The notes: a model not told the origin generated them from the sequence alone. Shown: positions 19,382 through 29,847, numbered from the stretch's first letter. The stretch: DNA of 64,000 bases from Spirochaetia bacterium (GCA_965203905.1 CBDBDQ010000005.1:7721192-7785191), one strand, 5' to 3'. Numbers and translations are program-made.

Positions 19382-19660
19382 CAGTAGTCCACCTTTGACG
19401 GAGCCCGGGTAGTCGGGGACGTCGATCGACGCCCGCCGGTGGCCGCTTCGGCATGCCGCCTGCGGTCTCGCTCCGCTGCCGACGCAAGGTACTCACGCCG
19501 GCGCCGCGTGTCGACAACACCACCGGGCGAAGGCCAGGCAGGCCCCGCGACAACCCACACCTACACCTGGAGGCCGGCGTGACACCTTGGCTGCTACGGC
19601 TCATGCTACACGCCCTGCTATAGTCATGGCACCGTCAGACCACACTCAGGAGGCTACCAA

Positions 19661-20669
19661 ATGGAACAACGCAGGTTCGGGGACAGCGATCTGACCTGTT
19701 CGGCACTCGGGTTCGGAACCTGGGAGTTGAGCACCAACCAGTATGGCGAGATCGACGTAGCGGAGGCGGAACGGGCGGCCCGGGAGGCGATCGACCACGG
19801 CATCACGCTGTTCGACACCGCCGAGGCATACGGGCCCTGCATCTCGGAGGAGCTGCTCGGCAAGGCGCTCGGCGCGCGGCGCAAGGAGATCGTCCTGGTG
19901 ACCAAGGTGGGGTTCAAGTACGGCGGCGGCCGCCAGGGCGCACAGTGCTCGACGTTTGACCACGTCGTGTCCAGCACGGAGGGCTGCCTGCGCCGCCTCG
20001 GCACCGACTGGATCGACCTGATGCTGATCCACTGGCCGGACCACAACACCCCGTACGGGGAGCCGATCGCGGCGCTGGAGAAACTCAAGCAGGACGGCAA
20101 GATCCGCCACTACGGATGTGTCCAACTTCTCCCCGGCGATGATGGACGTGTGCGAGAGCACCGGGCACCTGGCCGCCAACCAGGTGGGCTACCACCTGTT
20201 CGACCGGCGCGTGGAACGGGCCGTGCTGCCCTACACGCGGTCCCACGGCATCGGCTTCATGGCCTACGGCACGCTGGGCTTCGGCCTCCTGACCGGCGCG
20301 TTCAACGAGTCGACCACCTTCGTGGACTGGGACTGGCGCTCCAAGGGCTACGCCTTCGGCCTGCCCCTGTTCCAGCGCGAGCAGTTCCTTGGGCAACTGC
20401 GCGTGGTCGAACGGTTGCGGGCAATCGCCGCCCGCCACGGCAAGTCGGTCGCGCAGCTCGCCATCTCCTGGGTGCTCGGCAACCCCGCGGTGACCGTGGC
20501 GCTGGTCGGCATTCGCCGCAGCGACGAACTGAAGGAGAACGTGGCCGCGGTCGAGTGGCGCCTGTCCGCCGAGGAACGGCAGGAGATCGACGCCATCTTC
20601 GCCGAAGAGGGGGTGCCGACCCACGCCGAAACCGCGCAGATTACGGAGCCGTTCCTGCCGGCCCGCTGA
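19661..20669 (+). CDS. Aldo/keto reductase, frameshift near 20116
   Basis: LGFGTW, FDTAEAYG, TKVG, IHWPD, GKIRHYG then VSNFS in next frame; AGGAGG RBS. Confidence 0.88.
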
Positions 20670-20819
20670 CCAGGGTCACGGACGGCGCACGCCCGCCGTC
20701 ACGGCGCGGCCGCGGAGGACGCCCCAACTGAGGAGCGTTACCCTCCGCGGCCAAGCGGGAAGACGCGCACGGAGCGAGCCGGTTTCCCGGTTATCCGCAA
20801 CCGCGTCTTCGATATCGGG

Positions 20820-22541
20820 CTAGTATCCCATCGACGCCTTCATGTCCTGGTCGAGCCACATGAGGTCGAAGAGGCCGTCGTGCACCATGTAGCACGCCTC
20901 GCCGTAGTAGTTCTTCACCCACGGCCACCAGAAGGTGAACTTGAGCGGATGCGGAATGGCGACGGTGAGCGCGTTGTCGATCAGGATCAGGTTCGCCTCC
21001 GTCAGCAGCTCCACGCGCTTGTCCTTGTCGAACTCCTTCTCCGCCGCGGCCAGCAACTCGTCGAAGCGCGCATCGCTGAACCGGTTGATGTTGTTGCGCG
21101 CGTCCGTTGCCGCGTTGCCGCGGAACCTCATCAGCGTCAACTCGGTGCCCCACCACTCGATCCAGGCATCCCAGTCTTCCCGGTCATGCGGCTGTCCCCA
21201 GTGCAGACCCGCCTCGTTTACCTCGATCTCGACATCGATGTTGAACTGCTGCTTCCACAAGCCGGCAAACGCCTCCGCTACCGGCGGCGTGAACGGCCGG
21301 TTGCTCGACAGCAGCTTCATCTTGAAGCCGTTCGGGTAGCCGGCGTCGGCGAGCAACTGCTGCGCCTTCTCCAGGTCGTAGGTCAGGATCTCCTTGTGCT
21401 GCGGCGGCAGTTCATCGTACGGCACGAAGCCCTCGGCGCGCCACATCAGCGGCCACTCCAGCGGTGCATCGCGTTCGTAGACGGTTTGCGCAATGGCTTC
21501 CCGGTCGGTGCCCATCGACAGCGCCCGCCGCACCGCGACGTTGTCGAACGGCGGCCGGTCCACGCGCAGGCGCATGCCGATTACGCCGCCGTAGACGTCG
21601 TACGCCTGCTGGATATCGGGATTGGTCATGGCCAGCGAGTCGGCGTGCGTTTTCTCGGCAAACGACACGTAGTCCAGCTTCGCCGTGCGCAGCGCGGCGA
21701 TGCGCGTGGTTTCATCGCGAATGATCGGAATCACCACGTTGTCGACGAACGGAAGCTGATACTGCTTGCCGTCTATGGTGGTTTTGCGCCAGTAGAGCGG
21801 ATTCTTCACCATCCGGAAGTGAGAGCCCGGCGAATACTCCTCCAGCGCGAACGGGCCGGTACCGACCATGTTGTTCCAATCGACCGGCCCGGCTTCCACC
21901 ATCTCCGGCGGAATGTGCCAGCCGCGCGCGAGGTCGAGCAGATCCTCCAACCAGATCGGGTTGAAATACTTGGTGTGCAGCTTGACCGTGCTGTCATCGA
22001 TAACCTCGATCGACTCTATCCAGTCCTTTTGCAACACAGCCGAGCCGCGCGGTGCGTCCAGGAAGCGGCTGATGTTGAATTCGAAATCGTGGGCGGTGTA
22101 CTCACGCGCTTCCATGACCGGGTTGGGGCTCATACCCGACCACATGACACCCGGCCGAATGTGAAATACCAGCGCGTCGGGGCTCTGTTCCCAACGCTCC
22201 ACCGTGCGCCCAACGTAGTACTTGTTGGGTGGGAACTCACCGTCGAACGGATACTCGTTGGTGCCTCTCGGCCCATACTCCTCGACGCCCCCAGTCCACG
22301 GTTTCTCGCCGATCAGGGTAGCTACCCTGGTTTCGCCAGGCGGCGCGGAGCTGACCGGATCGCCGGTGCCATCGGTCTGAATGATGCGCTGCATCACGTT
22401 CAGGGTGCCGCCATATTGCGGTTCGCCGTCCTCGGCTGCCATGTCTCCCGCCGCCGTGGAGGACTCTTCCTCTCCGCCGGCAAACAGCGGCGCACCGGCC
22501 ACCAGGAGACCCAGAATGATAAGGGTCAAAAACTTCGTCAT
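20820..22541 (-). CDS. ABC transporter family 5 substrate-binding protein
   Basis: Signal peptide ending LFAGGEEE, PQYGGT, VGTGPF, PPFDNVAVRRAL, AGYPNGF. Confidence 0.92.
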   Translation of the reverse strand: MTKFLTLIILGLLVAGAPLFAGGEEESSTAAGDMAAEDGEPQYGGTLNVMQRIIQTDGTGDPVSSAPPGETRVATLIGEKPWTGGVEEYGPRGTNEYPFDGEFPPNKYYVGRTVERWEQSPDALVFHIRPGVMWSGMSPNPVMEAREYTAHDFEFNISRFLDAPRGSAVLQKDWIESIEVIDDSTVKLHTKYFNPIWLEDLLDLARGWHIPPEMVEAGPVDWNNMVGTGPFALEEYSPGSHFRMVKNPLYWRKTTIDGKQYQLPFVDNVVIPIIRDETTRIAALRTAKLDYVSFAEKTHADSLAMTNPDIQQAYDVYGGVIGMRLRVDRPPFDNVAVRRALSMGTDREAIAQTVYERDAPLEWPLMWRAEGFVPYDELPPQHKEILTYDLEKAQQLLADAGYPNGFKMKLLSSNRPFTPPVAEAFAGLWKQQFNIDVEIEVNEAGLHWGQPHDREDWDAWIEWWGTELTLMRFRGNAATDARNNINRFSDARFDELLAAAEKEFDKDKRVELLTEANLILIDNALTVAIPHPLKFTFWWPWVKNYYGEACYMVHDGLFDLMWLDQDMKASMGY

Positions 22542-22642
22542 CTTCACTCCTTCATGAATCCGACAACTGAACCATGAATGATCGAAGGCATGGCGGGTGG
22601 TTCCGGCCTGCCATGCGGATCCCGCGTGATATCTTCCTGAAA

Positions 22643-23563
22643 TCACCTCCTCCGTTGCGTGACTCGAAAGTTGCCGGTGCCGCCGCGCAGCCGCGGATCG
22701 AGCAGATCGCGCAGCGCGTCACCGAGCACGTTGATGCCGAACACCACCGCGGCCAGGGCAACTCCCGGCCACAGCGCCATCCACGGCGCCTTGAACATGT
22801 ACAGCCTGCCGATGATGCCCAGCATGCCGCCCCAGCTCGGTTGCGGCGGCGGCACGCCGTAGCCGAGAAAGCTCAGGCTCGCCTCGGTCAGGATCAACGA
22901 CGGTACCTGCAGGCTGAAATTGACGATCGCCGGCGCCATGATGTTGGGCAGAATGTGCCGGAAGATAATGGTAATCGTGGATGTCCCAATGGCGCGCGAC
23001 GACTCCACGTAGGCGTTTTCCTTTATGTCGATCACGGCGCTGCGGATGATGCGCGAGCCGCCGATTCCCCCCAGGATGCCGAGCACCACGATCACCGACC
23101 ACAGGCTCGCCCCCACCATGGAGACGGCGGCCATCACCAGCACCAGGCCCGGCATCGACATGACGCCGTCCACGACGCGCTGCACCACCATGTCGAGCCG
23201 CCCGCCGACGTACCCGCTCAGCATGCCCAGAAAGAGCGTCAGCAAGGTGGCGATCGACGCGCCGCCCAACCCCACGATCACCGACACGCGCGCTCCGAAC
23301 ATGATCTGGCTGAGCATGTCACGCCCGAGGTTGTCGGTACCGAGCCAGTACTTCGCCGACGGCCGCAGCAGGTTCTCGCCGAGATGGATCTCGTTCATCG
23401 GATACGGTGCGATGAGTTCGGCAAATACGGCGACCACCAGGAACGACAGGCTGATGAACATGCCCACCGCGCCGAGCGGCTTTTCCCTGATCAGGCGCTT
23501 GAAGAAGTCGACCACTTTGAGTTGCCGCCGTGCGACGATGATGTCGGGAGCGCTGTCCGCCAC
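22643..23563 (-). CDS. Peptide/nickel ABC permease (DppC-like)
   Basis: LGTDNLGRD, RHILPN, PSWG, GDALRDLLDP. Confidence 0.92.
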   Translation of the reverse strand: MADSAPDIIVARRQLKVVDFFKRLIREKPLGAVGMFISLSFLVVAVFAELIAPYPMNEIHLGENLLRPSAKYWLGTDNLGRDMLSQIMFGARVSVIVGLGGASIATLLTLFLGMLSGYVGGRLDMVVQRVVDGVMSMPGLVLVMAAVSMVGASLWSVIVVLGILGGIGGSRIIRSAVIDIKENAYVESSRAIGTSTITIIFRHILPNIMAPAIVNFSLQVPSLILTEASLSFLGYGVPPPQPSWGGMLGIIGRLYMFKAPWMALWPGVALAAVVFGINVLGDALRDLLDPRLRGGTGNFRVTQRRR

Positions 23564-23586
23564 GTACCGCCTCGCTTCGCCCCCGC

Positions 23587-24579
23587 CTATTGGTAGTGGA
23601 TCTGCGGATTGAGGAATCCGTAGGTCAGATCGACCATCAGGTTGATCAATACCATGCCGCAACCGAAGATGATCAGGGTGCCGCTGACCACCGGGTAGTC
23701 CCTGAGCCGGGTCGCCTCCACGATCAGCTCACCCATGCCGGGCAGGCCGAAGATGGTCTCGATGATCACCGTGCCGCCCACCAGGATCGGCAACCACAAG
23801 CCGACGTAGGTGATCACCGGGATGAGCGCGTTCTTCAGTGCGTGGCGGATGATCACCACCTTCTCCTTGAGCCCCTTGGACCATGCCGTGCGGATGTAGT
23901 CCTGGCGCAATACCTCCAGCATCATGGTGCGGTGAAAGCGCATGCTGCCGCCGGACATCGACAGGCCGAGCACGACGCCGGGAATGATGAACATGGCGAG
24001 GTTGCGGCCCACGTCCTTGTGCAGCGGCACGTACATGAGAGGGGGCATGAAACCCCACCACACCGCGGGAAATACGATCACCAGCGTGGCCAGCCAGAAG
24101 GCGGGAATGGAGATGAACAGGATCGAGAAGCTGCGCACCACGTAGTCGCCGAGGCTGTCCTGCCGAATCGCCGAGTAGGTGGCGATCGGGAACGCAAAGC
24201 ACTGCCCCACGAGCAGCCCGATAATGCTCAGCTCGACGGTCACCGGCCACCTGCGGCCGATCTCCTCCAGTACGCTGTTGGGGCGCCACAGGCTGTCGCC
24301 GAGGTCGCCCTGCAGCACGCCGCGGAACTCGCCGTCCGCCTGCGCGACGATGCCGAGCCAGCGCCCGTACTGGTGCATGAGCGACACGTCCATGCCCAAC
24401 TCGCGCATCAGCACTTCGCGTGCCGCGTCGATATCGCCGCCGCCCTCGATGGCGAACTGGCTCACCATGATGTCCACCACGTCGCCGGGCACCAGGCGCA
24501 TCAGCACGAACACGATGAACGTGACCACGAACACGGTGGGAATCATGAGCAGCAGCCGTCTGATCATGTACGTGCGCAC
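23587..24579 (-). CDS. Peptide/nickel ABC permease (DppB-like)
   Basis: YMIRRLL, DYIRTAWSKGL, RHALKNA, RDYPVV; GGAGG RBS. Confidence 0.92.
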   Translation of the reverse strand: MRTYMIRRLLLMIPTVFVVTFIVFVLMRLVPGDVVDIMVSQFAIEGGGDIDAAREVLMRELGMDVSLMHQYGRWLGIVAQADGEFRGVLQGDLGDSLWRPNSVLEEIGRRWPVTVELSIIGLLVGQCFAFPIATYSAIRQDSLGDYVVRSFSILFISIPAFWLATLVIVFPAVWWGFMPPLMYVPLHKDVGRNLAMFIIPGVVLGLSMSGGSMRFHRTMMLEVLRQDYIRTAWSKGLKEKVVIIRHALKNALIPVITYVGLWLPILVGGTVIIETIFGLPGMGELIVEATRLRDYPVVSGTLIIFGCGMVLINLMVDLTYGFLNPQIHYQ

Positions 24580-24703
24580 GTTTCCTCCCTGTCGCCGGCG
24601 CCGCGCGCGGCAACCGAACGGCCTTTATAACACGCATGGTGAGAGCCGTCAAAATCGCCGATGCCGGGCTGCCGGGCGGCAACCCCGACAAGGCCGACAG
24701 CGG

Positions 24704-26383
24704 CTACGGGACCGGCAACGCCGGAAGCGCCCGCAGCCCCTGCCGGTATACCAAGCGCCTCTCCCGGTCTCCGGCCACCTCCCCGAATTCCTCCCGCGCG
24801 CCGTCGGACCACACCACGCGCACCGCGGCGGTGGGCGACCGGCCAAGGCCGAAGTGCAGCGCGGTGTCGTTGCCGGCGCCCAGGCTCGAGCCGCTCTTCA
24901 CCTCCTGCATGCGCGCCCGGCTGCCGGCGGGCGTCACGAACACGCGCGCCCCGACCGCGTCGCGGTTCACCGGCGGGCGCCCCTCCAGCCGCAGCGTCAG
25001 CCAGTGGTTGCCGGCTCCCGCCAGCCCCGTGTTGCGGTACAGCGCGTAGCCCACGTCGAAGTTGCCGACCACGAAGTCCACCAGCCCGTCGCGGTCGTAG
25101 TCGGCGTAGGCGACGCCCATGCTCGCGCGGCGGTGCCGATGCCAACTCGGCGGCGTGGCGTCCTCGAAGTTGCCGTAGCCGCGGTTCCGGAACAGCACGT
25201 TGGCATAGGGCAGCAGGAAGTCGACCAGCTCCGTGGCGTCCTCGAAGTGGCCGGCGTATCCGCTGGCCGCCAGGAACAGGTCCAGCCAGCCGTCGTTGTC
25301 GTAGTCGAAGAACACCGCGCCCCAGCCGGCCAGGCCGCCGGGCTGCTCCGCCCCCACGCCGGCCGCCTCGGTGGCGTCGCGGAACCGCCCGCCCACGTTC
25401 TGCAGCAGCGACATCCCCTCGCCCATGTCGGAGAAATAGAAGTCCAGGTCCAGGTCGTTGTCGTAGTCGCCCACCGCCAGCCCCATGCCGTATCCCACGT
25501 CGCCGGTCCGGGTCTCGCCGGAGGCGTCGCTCCAGCACCAGCCGCCGCATCCCGGCCCGTCGTTGCGCCACAGCACGTTGCCGATCGGGTGTTCCACCTT
25601 GTCGTTGACCACGTAGATGTCCGGGTCGCCGTCGTCGTCGAAGTCGGCGAAGCTCGCCGAGAAGGCGGCGCCCCGCAGCTTGGCGCCGAGCAGCCGCGAC
25701 ACGTCCTCGAAGGTGCCGTCGCCGCGGTTGCGGTACAGCCGGTCGCTGGCCAGTTCCGCCGCGCGTGGGCGCGGGCACTCGGGGAAGCACCGCCAGTTGG
25801 CCACGAACAGGTCCAGGAAGCCGTCGCCGTCGTAGTCGCCCCAGGCCGCGGTGGCGCCCTTGCCGGTATCGCCCACGCCGGCGGCGGAGGTAACGTCGCG
25901 GAATCGTGCGCCGGCCTCGTTGCGGTACAGGATGTTGCGGCCGTGGGCGAGGACGTACAGGTCGCGCCAGCCGTCGTTGTCGTAGTCGGCCCACACGGCG
26001 CCGCCGGTCCAGGTATCGGCGGAGGCCACGTCGCCGGCCTGCTCCGGGATGCTGAAGGTGCCGTCGCCGTTGTTGCGGTACAGCCGGCTCGGCGCCTGGC
26101 CGCCGGCCAGGAACAGGTCGACCCAGCCGTCGTTGTCCCAGTCGCCCCAGGCCTGGCCGGTGCCCAGGTAGCCGTGCGCGAACGCCTTGCCGGTAAACTC
26201 GTCCCAGGTGCCGCGATGCGGCGCGTCGATGCCGGCGGCCGCGGTCGCTTCGACAAAGACCTCGTCCGGCTGTCCCGCCGGCGGCGCCTGTGCCCCTGCC
26301 GGTACCGCCAGCGCCGCCAGTGCCGCTGCCGCCAGCACGGCGGTTGTCGCCAAGCGGGCGAAGGGCCCCCTCGATGTACGCAC
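24704..26383 (-). CDS. Secreted CRTAC1-like protein (FG-GAP/VCBS repeats plus ASPIC/UnbV domain)
   Basis: Signal peptide, seven DxDxDGxxD-type repeats, RNxGDGTF, C-terminal NHWL...AVGARV...LHFGLG. Confidence 0.88.
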   Translation of the reverse strand: MRTSRGPFARLATTAVLAAAALAALAVPAGAQAPPAGQPDEVFVEATAAAGIDAPHRGTWDEFTGKAFAHGYLGTGQAWGDWDNDGWVDLFLAGGQAPSRLYRNNGDGTFSIPEQAGDVASADTWTGGAVWADYDNDGWRDLYVLAHGRNILYRNEAGARFRDVTSAAGVGDTGKGATAAWGDYDGDGFLDLFVANWRCFPECPRPRAAELASDRLYRNRGDGTFEDVSRLLGAKLRGAAFSASFADFDDDGDPDIYVVNDKVEHPIGNVLWRNDGPGCGGWCWSDASGETRTGDVGYGMGLAVGDYDNDLDLDFYFSDMGEGMSLLQNVGGRFRDATEAAGVGAEQPGGLAGWGAVFFDYDNDGWLDLFLAASGYAGHFEDATELVDFLLPYANVLFRNRGYGNFEDATPPSWHRHRRASMGVAYADYDRDGLVDFVVGNFDVGYALYRNTGLAGAGNHWLTLRLEGRPPVNRDAVGARVFVTPAGSRARMQEVKSGSSLGAGNDTALHFGLGRSPTAAVRVVWSDGAREEFGEVAGDRERRLVYRQGLRALPALPVP

Positions 26384-26548
26384 CGAATTCCCCGTTCGCG
26401 GCTCCGACCCGGACAACCCGTGCTCAGGGAAGATCAACGACGCGCAGGATACCATTGACCCGGTTTGCCGGTCTGCGGCGCGGCCGACACGCCGGCGGCT
26501 AAGGCCGGCAACGGGACGGTGACGTACCTGCCGCCCTGTTCCCGGTAT

Positions 26549-26659
26549 ATCTCAGAGGAGTTGCTCGGCAAGGCTCTCGGCACGCGGCGCAAGGAGATCG
26601 TCCTCGTGACCAAGGTCGGCTTCAGGTATGACGGCAACCGGCTGGTGAACCAGTGTTCG
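26549..26659 (+). pseudogene. Aldo/keto reductase fragment paralogous to about 19841-19950
   Basis: ISEELLGKALGTRRKEIVLVTKVGF, near-identical to the AKR at 19661. Confidence 0.8.
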
Positions 26660-26793
26660 CCGGGACCGCGGCCTGTTGGCCTCCACGTCCTGGAGCCGGC
26701 CCCGGCGACGCCGGCCCGTTGCTGGTTGCTCCCTCGGCACCCCGGCAGCAGGGGGTTGCGGAACGAGCGGTCAAGACGGTATGGTAGTTGAAG

Positions 26794-27228
26794 ATGATGA
26801 ATGATGTGCCCGAGCCAACACTCCGCGACGTGATGGACCACCTGATCGGCATCGACCGGCGACTGGATGAAAACAACGAGCAGCTACGCCACCTGCGTGA
26901 CCGCCTGGACCGCATTGAGGAGCGGCTCGATGGCGTCGACGCGCGGATGGAACGCATCGAGGAGCGGCTGGACGGCGTCGACGCACGGATGGAACGCATC
27001 GAGGAGCGGCTGGACGGCGTCGAGGGACGGCTGGACGGCGTCGACGGCCAACTGCGCACGCTGCGCGATCGCATGGACGAACTGGAGCGAGGCGTTGCCG
27101 ACGTGCTCCAGCACGGACTCGCGAGAGTGGAGGCGGCCGTTCGGGGCCTCGCCGAGACGAAGGCCGACCGCTCCGAAGTGGCGGAGTTGCGGGCGGACGT
27201 TGACGCGCTGAAAGAGGCCGCCGGATAG
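26794..27228 (+). CDS. Heptad-repeat coiled-coil protein
   Basis: RIEERLDGVDARME repeats encoded by 42-bp tandem units (about 26911-27045). Confidence 0.75.
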   Translation: MMNDVPEPTLRDVMDHLIGIDRRLDENNEQLRHLRDRLDRIEERLDGVDARMERIEERLDGVDARMERIEERLDGVEGRLDGVDGQLRTLRDRMDELERGVADVLQHGLARVEAAVRGLAETKADRSEVAELRADVDALKEAAG

Positions 27229-27259
27229 GTAGCCGGCGCGCACCGCACACTGTTCGGCA

Positions 27260-28444
27260 CTATCCGGGTGTCTGGTGTTCGACGGTGCGGACGGTGCCGT
27301 CGCGGTTGAAGGTGTAGGTGACGCCCGCCCAGGTGACGCGGCGCATGAACAGCGAGCGTAGCGCTCCCCATAGCGCCACCAGTGCGACCAGCGGCATCAG
27401 CGCCACCCAGCGCCGCCGAGAGAAGGTGAGCCGGCGCTCGCGCGGCGCCGTGCACAGCAGTGGCGAGGCCACGGCGGCCGCGAACAGCCCGGCGGCCGTC
27501 AGCACCGGCCACGCCGCGGCGCCGCTGCCCCGGATCGCCGCGATCAGCTCCGCTGCCGCGCCGGCGAACGCCGCCCCCAGTCCCAGGATTCCGATCACCG
27601 CCGCCCACCACGACCCCGGCGTGTACAGCCGCGTGTAGAACACCTGGCGGCTGAACCAGTCGAACAGCTCAGGGAAGCGGGCGATCGCGTCGCCGGTCGG
27701 CGACACGCAGCGCGGCACGAACACGCGGGCGGCGCGGTGGCGGAACAGCAGCGTCTGCAGCGACAGGTCGTCGGACAGGCGGGTGCGCCAGTGGGCTGCT
27801 ACCCCGAGGCGCTGCCAGTCGGTGCGACGGATCGCCCACGTGCCGCCCCACACCGCCTGCGACGTGGGCCAGGCGGCGAGCGCCGCCATGTGCGCCGACA
27901 GCACGGTGTGCACCTGCGCCGCGAGGCGTGCCGAGCCGGGGGCGAGCCAGCGGTACCCGGTGGCTACGGTTACGCGCGGCCGGCGCAGCGCCCCGACCAG
28001 GTGGTGCAGCAGGTCGGGTGGCGGCTCGATGTCCGCATCGCAGAACGCGTATATCTGCGCCTCCGCGGGTGCGGCCCCCACCGCGGCAAGCAGGTTATGG
28101 ATCTTTTGCGAGCCGGTGCGGGCAAGACCGGCGACCACGTGGCGGACGTGATCATGATGTGCGGCGACCGCGGCGATAAGCGGCACCGCGGCATCGCGCT
28201 CACTCTCGGTGACGAAGGTGATCGCGAGGGGACGGTAGCGCTGGGCGGCGAACGCCTCCAGGTGGCGCTCCAGGTGCGCGCCGGCCCCCTTGCACGGCAC
28301 GACCAGGTGCACCGCGGCGGCAAGGCCTCGCGCCGGGCGGGGCCGGTAGCGGCTGCCGCGCCACCAGCTCAGTGCCGCCGGCGCCACCTGTACCGCGCTC
28401 AGGACGGCGAACAGCAGCGTCCGCGCCAGCTCCCAGGCGGTCAC
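27260..28444 (-). CDS. Membrane glycosyltransferase, GT2/GT21 (ceramide glucosyltransferase/HpnI-like)
   Basis: VVPCKG, QKIHNL, FCDAD, GGTWAIRR, SDD, WFSRQ, VTWAG motifs; GTGA overlap with upstream gene. Confidence 0.8.
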   Translation of the reverse strand: MTAWELARTLLFAVLSAVQVAPAALSWWRGSRYRPRPARGLAAAVHLVVPCKGAGAHLERHLEAFAAQRYRPLAITFVTESERDAAVPLIAAVAAHHDHVRHVVAGLARTGSQKIHNLLAAVGAAPAEAQIYAFCDADIEPPPDLLHHLVGALRRPRVTVATGYRWLAPGSARLAAQVHTVLSAHMAALAAWPTSQAVWGGTWAIRRTDWQRLGVAAHWRTRLSDDLSLQTLLFRHRAARVFVPRCVSPTGDAIARFPELFDWFSRQVFYTRLYTPGSWWAAVIGILGLGAAFAGAAAELIAAIRGSGAAAWPVLTAAGLFAAAVASPLLCTAPRERRLTFSRRRWVALMPLVALVALWGALRSLFMRRVTWAGVTYTFNRDGTVRTVEHQTPG

Positions 28445-28926
28445 GCCGGCGCGCTTCCCGGCGGTGCGGCGAGCCACTGCGCCAGCGCCTTGTCGGGGCG
28501 CGCCAGTTGCTCCAGGCCGGTGTAGTAGTAGCGCTCCCAGCCCCGCTCCGGCAGCCCCGCGAACAGCATCAGGTTGAGTGGATAGTGCTCGCTGTCGGTG
28601 CAGCGCCGGAAGTCGTCGCGAAACAGGAACGTCGGGATCTTGCGGGCAATGGCCACGCCCAGCTCCACCATCACGCCCTCGTCCGGCGGGGTACCGTTGA
28701 CGATGGCGAAGATGGCGTCGCAACTGCTGACATCGGTCAGGTCGCGCTGGCCGACACGGTACGCCCAGCCTGGCCCGGTCACGTCGAAGTTGTTGCGCGC
28801 AAACGGCTCCCAAACCTCGGCGCCGAGCGCTTCCAGGCGCGCCACGAATTGGGGCAGCAAGCGCTCCTTCTGCTGCGCGGAAAACCCGTACGGACTGGCC
28901 AGATAGATCCGTTTGCGTGCCACCAT
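28441..28926 (-). CDS. Nucleoside 2-deoxyribosyltransferase family protein
   Basis: IYLASP, PDEGVMVELGVA, NLML motifs. Confidence 0.85.
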   Translation of the reverse strand: MVARKRIYLASPYGFSAQQKERLLPQFVARLEALGAEVWEPFARNNFDVTGPGWAYRVGQRDLTDVSSCDAIFAIVNGTPPDEGVMVELGVAIARKIPTFLFRDDFRRCTDSEHYPLNLMLFAGLPERGWERYYYTGLEQLARPDKALAQWLAAPPGSAPA

Positions 28927-28988
28927 GATGCAACCCTACCCGGCGCCATCCGCCACGACAACGGGCGCCGAGATCCGGTACGCTGCGG

Positions 28989-29678
28989 ATGGTCATGGAT
29001 GCAGGCAACCAGCACGTCGACAAGCAGCGCCTGGCGCGCTTGCTCATCGCTTCCGGCGCGGTTCGGTTCGGAGAGTTCACCACCAAGAGCGGACGCACCT
29101 CGCCCTACTTCATCAACCTTGGTGAGATCTGCCGCGGAGGACAGATCGCCGAGCTGGCGGAATACTACGCGCAGGGCATAGCCGAACACTTCGCCGATGA
29201 GCGGCCCGACTGCCTGTTCGGCCCCGCCTACAAGGCGATCCCGCTGGCGGTGGCCGCCGCGGTCAGCGCCACCCGTCTGCTCGGGCGTCCGTTCGCCTAC
29301 TCCTTCAACCGCAAGGAAGCCAAGCGGCACGGCGAGTCGGGGATCCTGGTGGGCCACGAGCCGCATGTCGGCGACCGCGTGCTGATCGTCGACGACGTGG
29401 TAACCGACGGCGGCGCCAAGCGGGAGGCGGTGGAACTGCTGCGCGCCCACTCGGCGGCGACCGTGGTAGGGCTGCTGATCGCGGTCGATCGCCGGGAGCG
29501 GGGTACCGGCCGGCTGAACGCGCTGGCGGAGTTGCAGGCCGAGTTCAGCTTCAAGGCGCGGGCGCTGATCGGCATTGAGGAGCTGGTGGAGATGGCGGCG
29601 GTATCCCCCGATCAGCGGCGCGCCGTGCACCGCCACCTCGAGCGCTACCGGGTATCCGGGCCCTCTAGAAGTTCCTGA
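28989..29678 (+). CDS. pyrE: Orotate phosphoribosyltransferase
   Basis: FGEFTTKSGRTSPYF, FGPAYKAIP, RKEAKRHGE, IVDDVVTDG. Confidence 0.93.
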   Translation: MVMDAGNQHVDKQRLARLLIASGAVRFGEFTTKSGRTSPYFINLGEICRGGQIAELAEYYAQGIAEHFADERPDCLFGPAYKAIPLAVAAAVSATRLLGRPFAYSFNRKEAKRHGESGILVGHEPHVGDRVLIVDDVVTDGGAKREAVELLRAHSAATVVGLLIAVDRRERGTGRLNALAELQAEFSFKARALIGIEELVEMAAVSPDQRRAVHRHLERYRVSGPSRSS

Positions 29679-29724
29679 AACCGGCCTGTAACCTTTGCCT
29701 GCGGGCGTGGTTTACCCTTTGTAT

Positions 29725-29847
29725 ACAGACTGGGGGGGCTTTTCCGGACGTCGACTGGTCAAGGTCAGGCGTTTCGCACCCCGGGTGTATCGATTTCCAT
29801 CCACCGGCCCCTGGGGTTTTACCTCCTTTACCCAGGGGCCTTTTTTT
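29725..29847 (+). ncRNA. Candidate small RNA ending in a strong terminator
   Basis: Promoter-like TTGCCT...TACCCT/TATACA upstream, hairpins, 10-bp stem GGCCCCTGGG/CCCAGGGGCC plus T7. Confidence 0.35.
29806..29847 (+). terminator. Rho-independent terminator
   Basis: Perfect 10-bp GC stem, 15-nt loop, seven T. Confidence 0.85.

Noticed and set aside
29732-29800. tmRNA, tRNA or 6S RNA
   Set aside because: GGGGG...TCGAC start is only superficially tmRNA-like; too short, with no T-arm or CCA end
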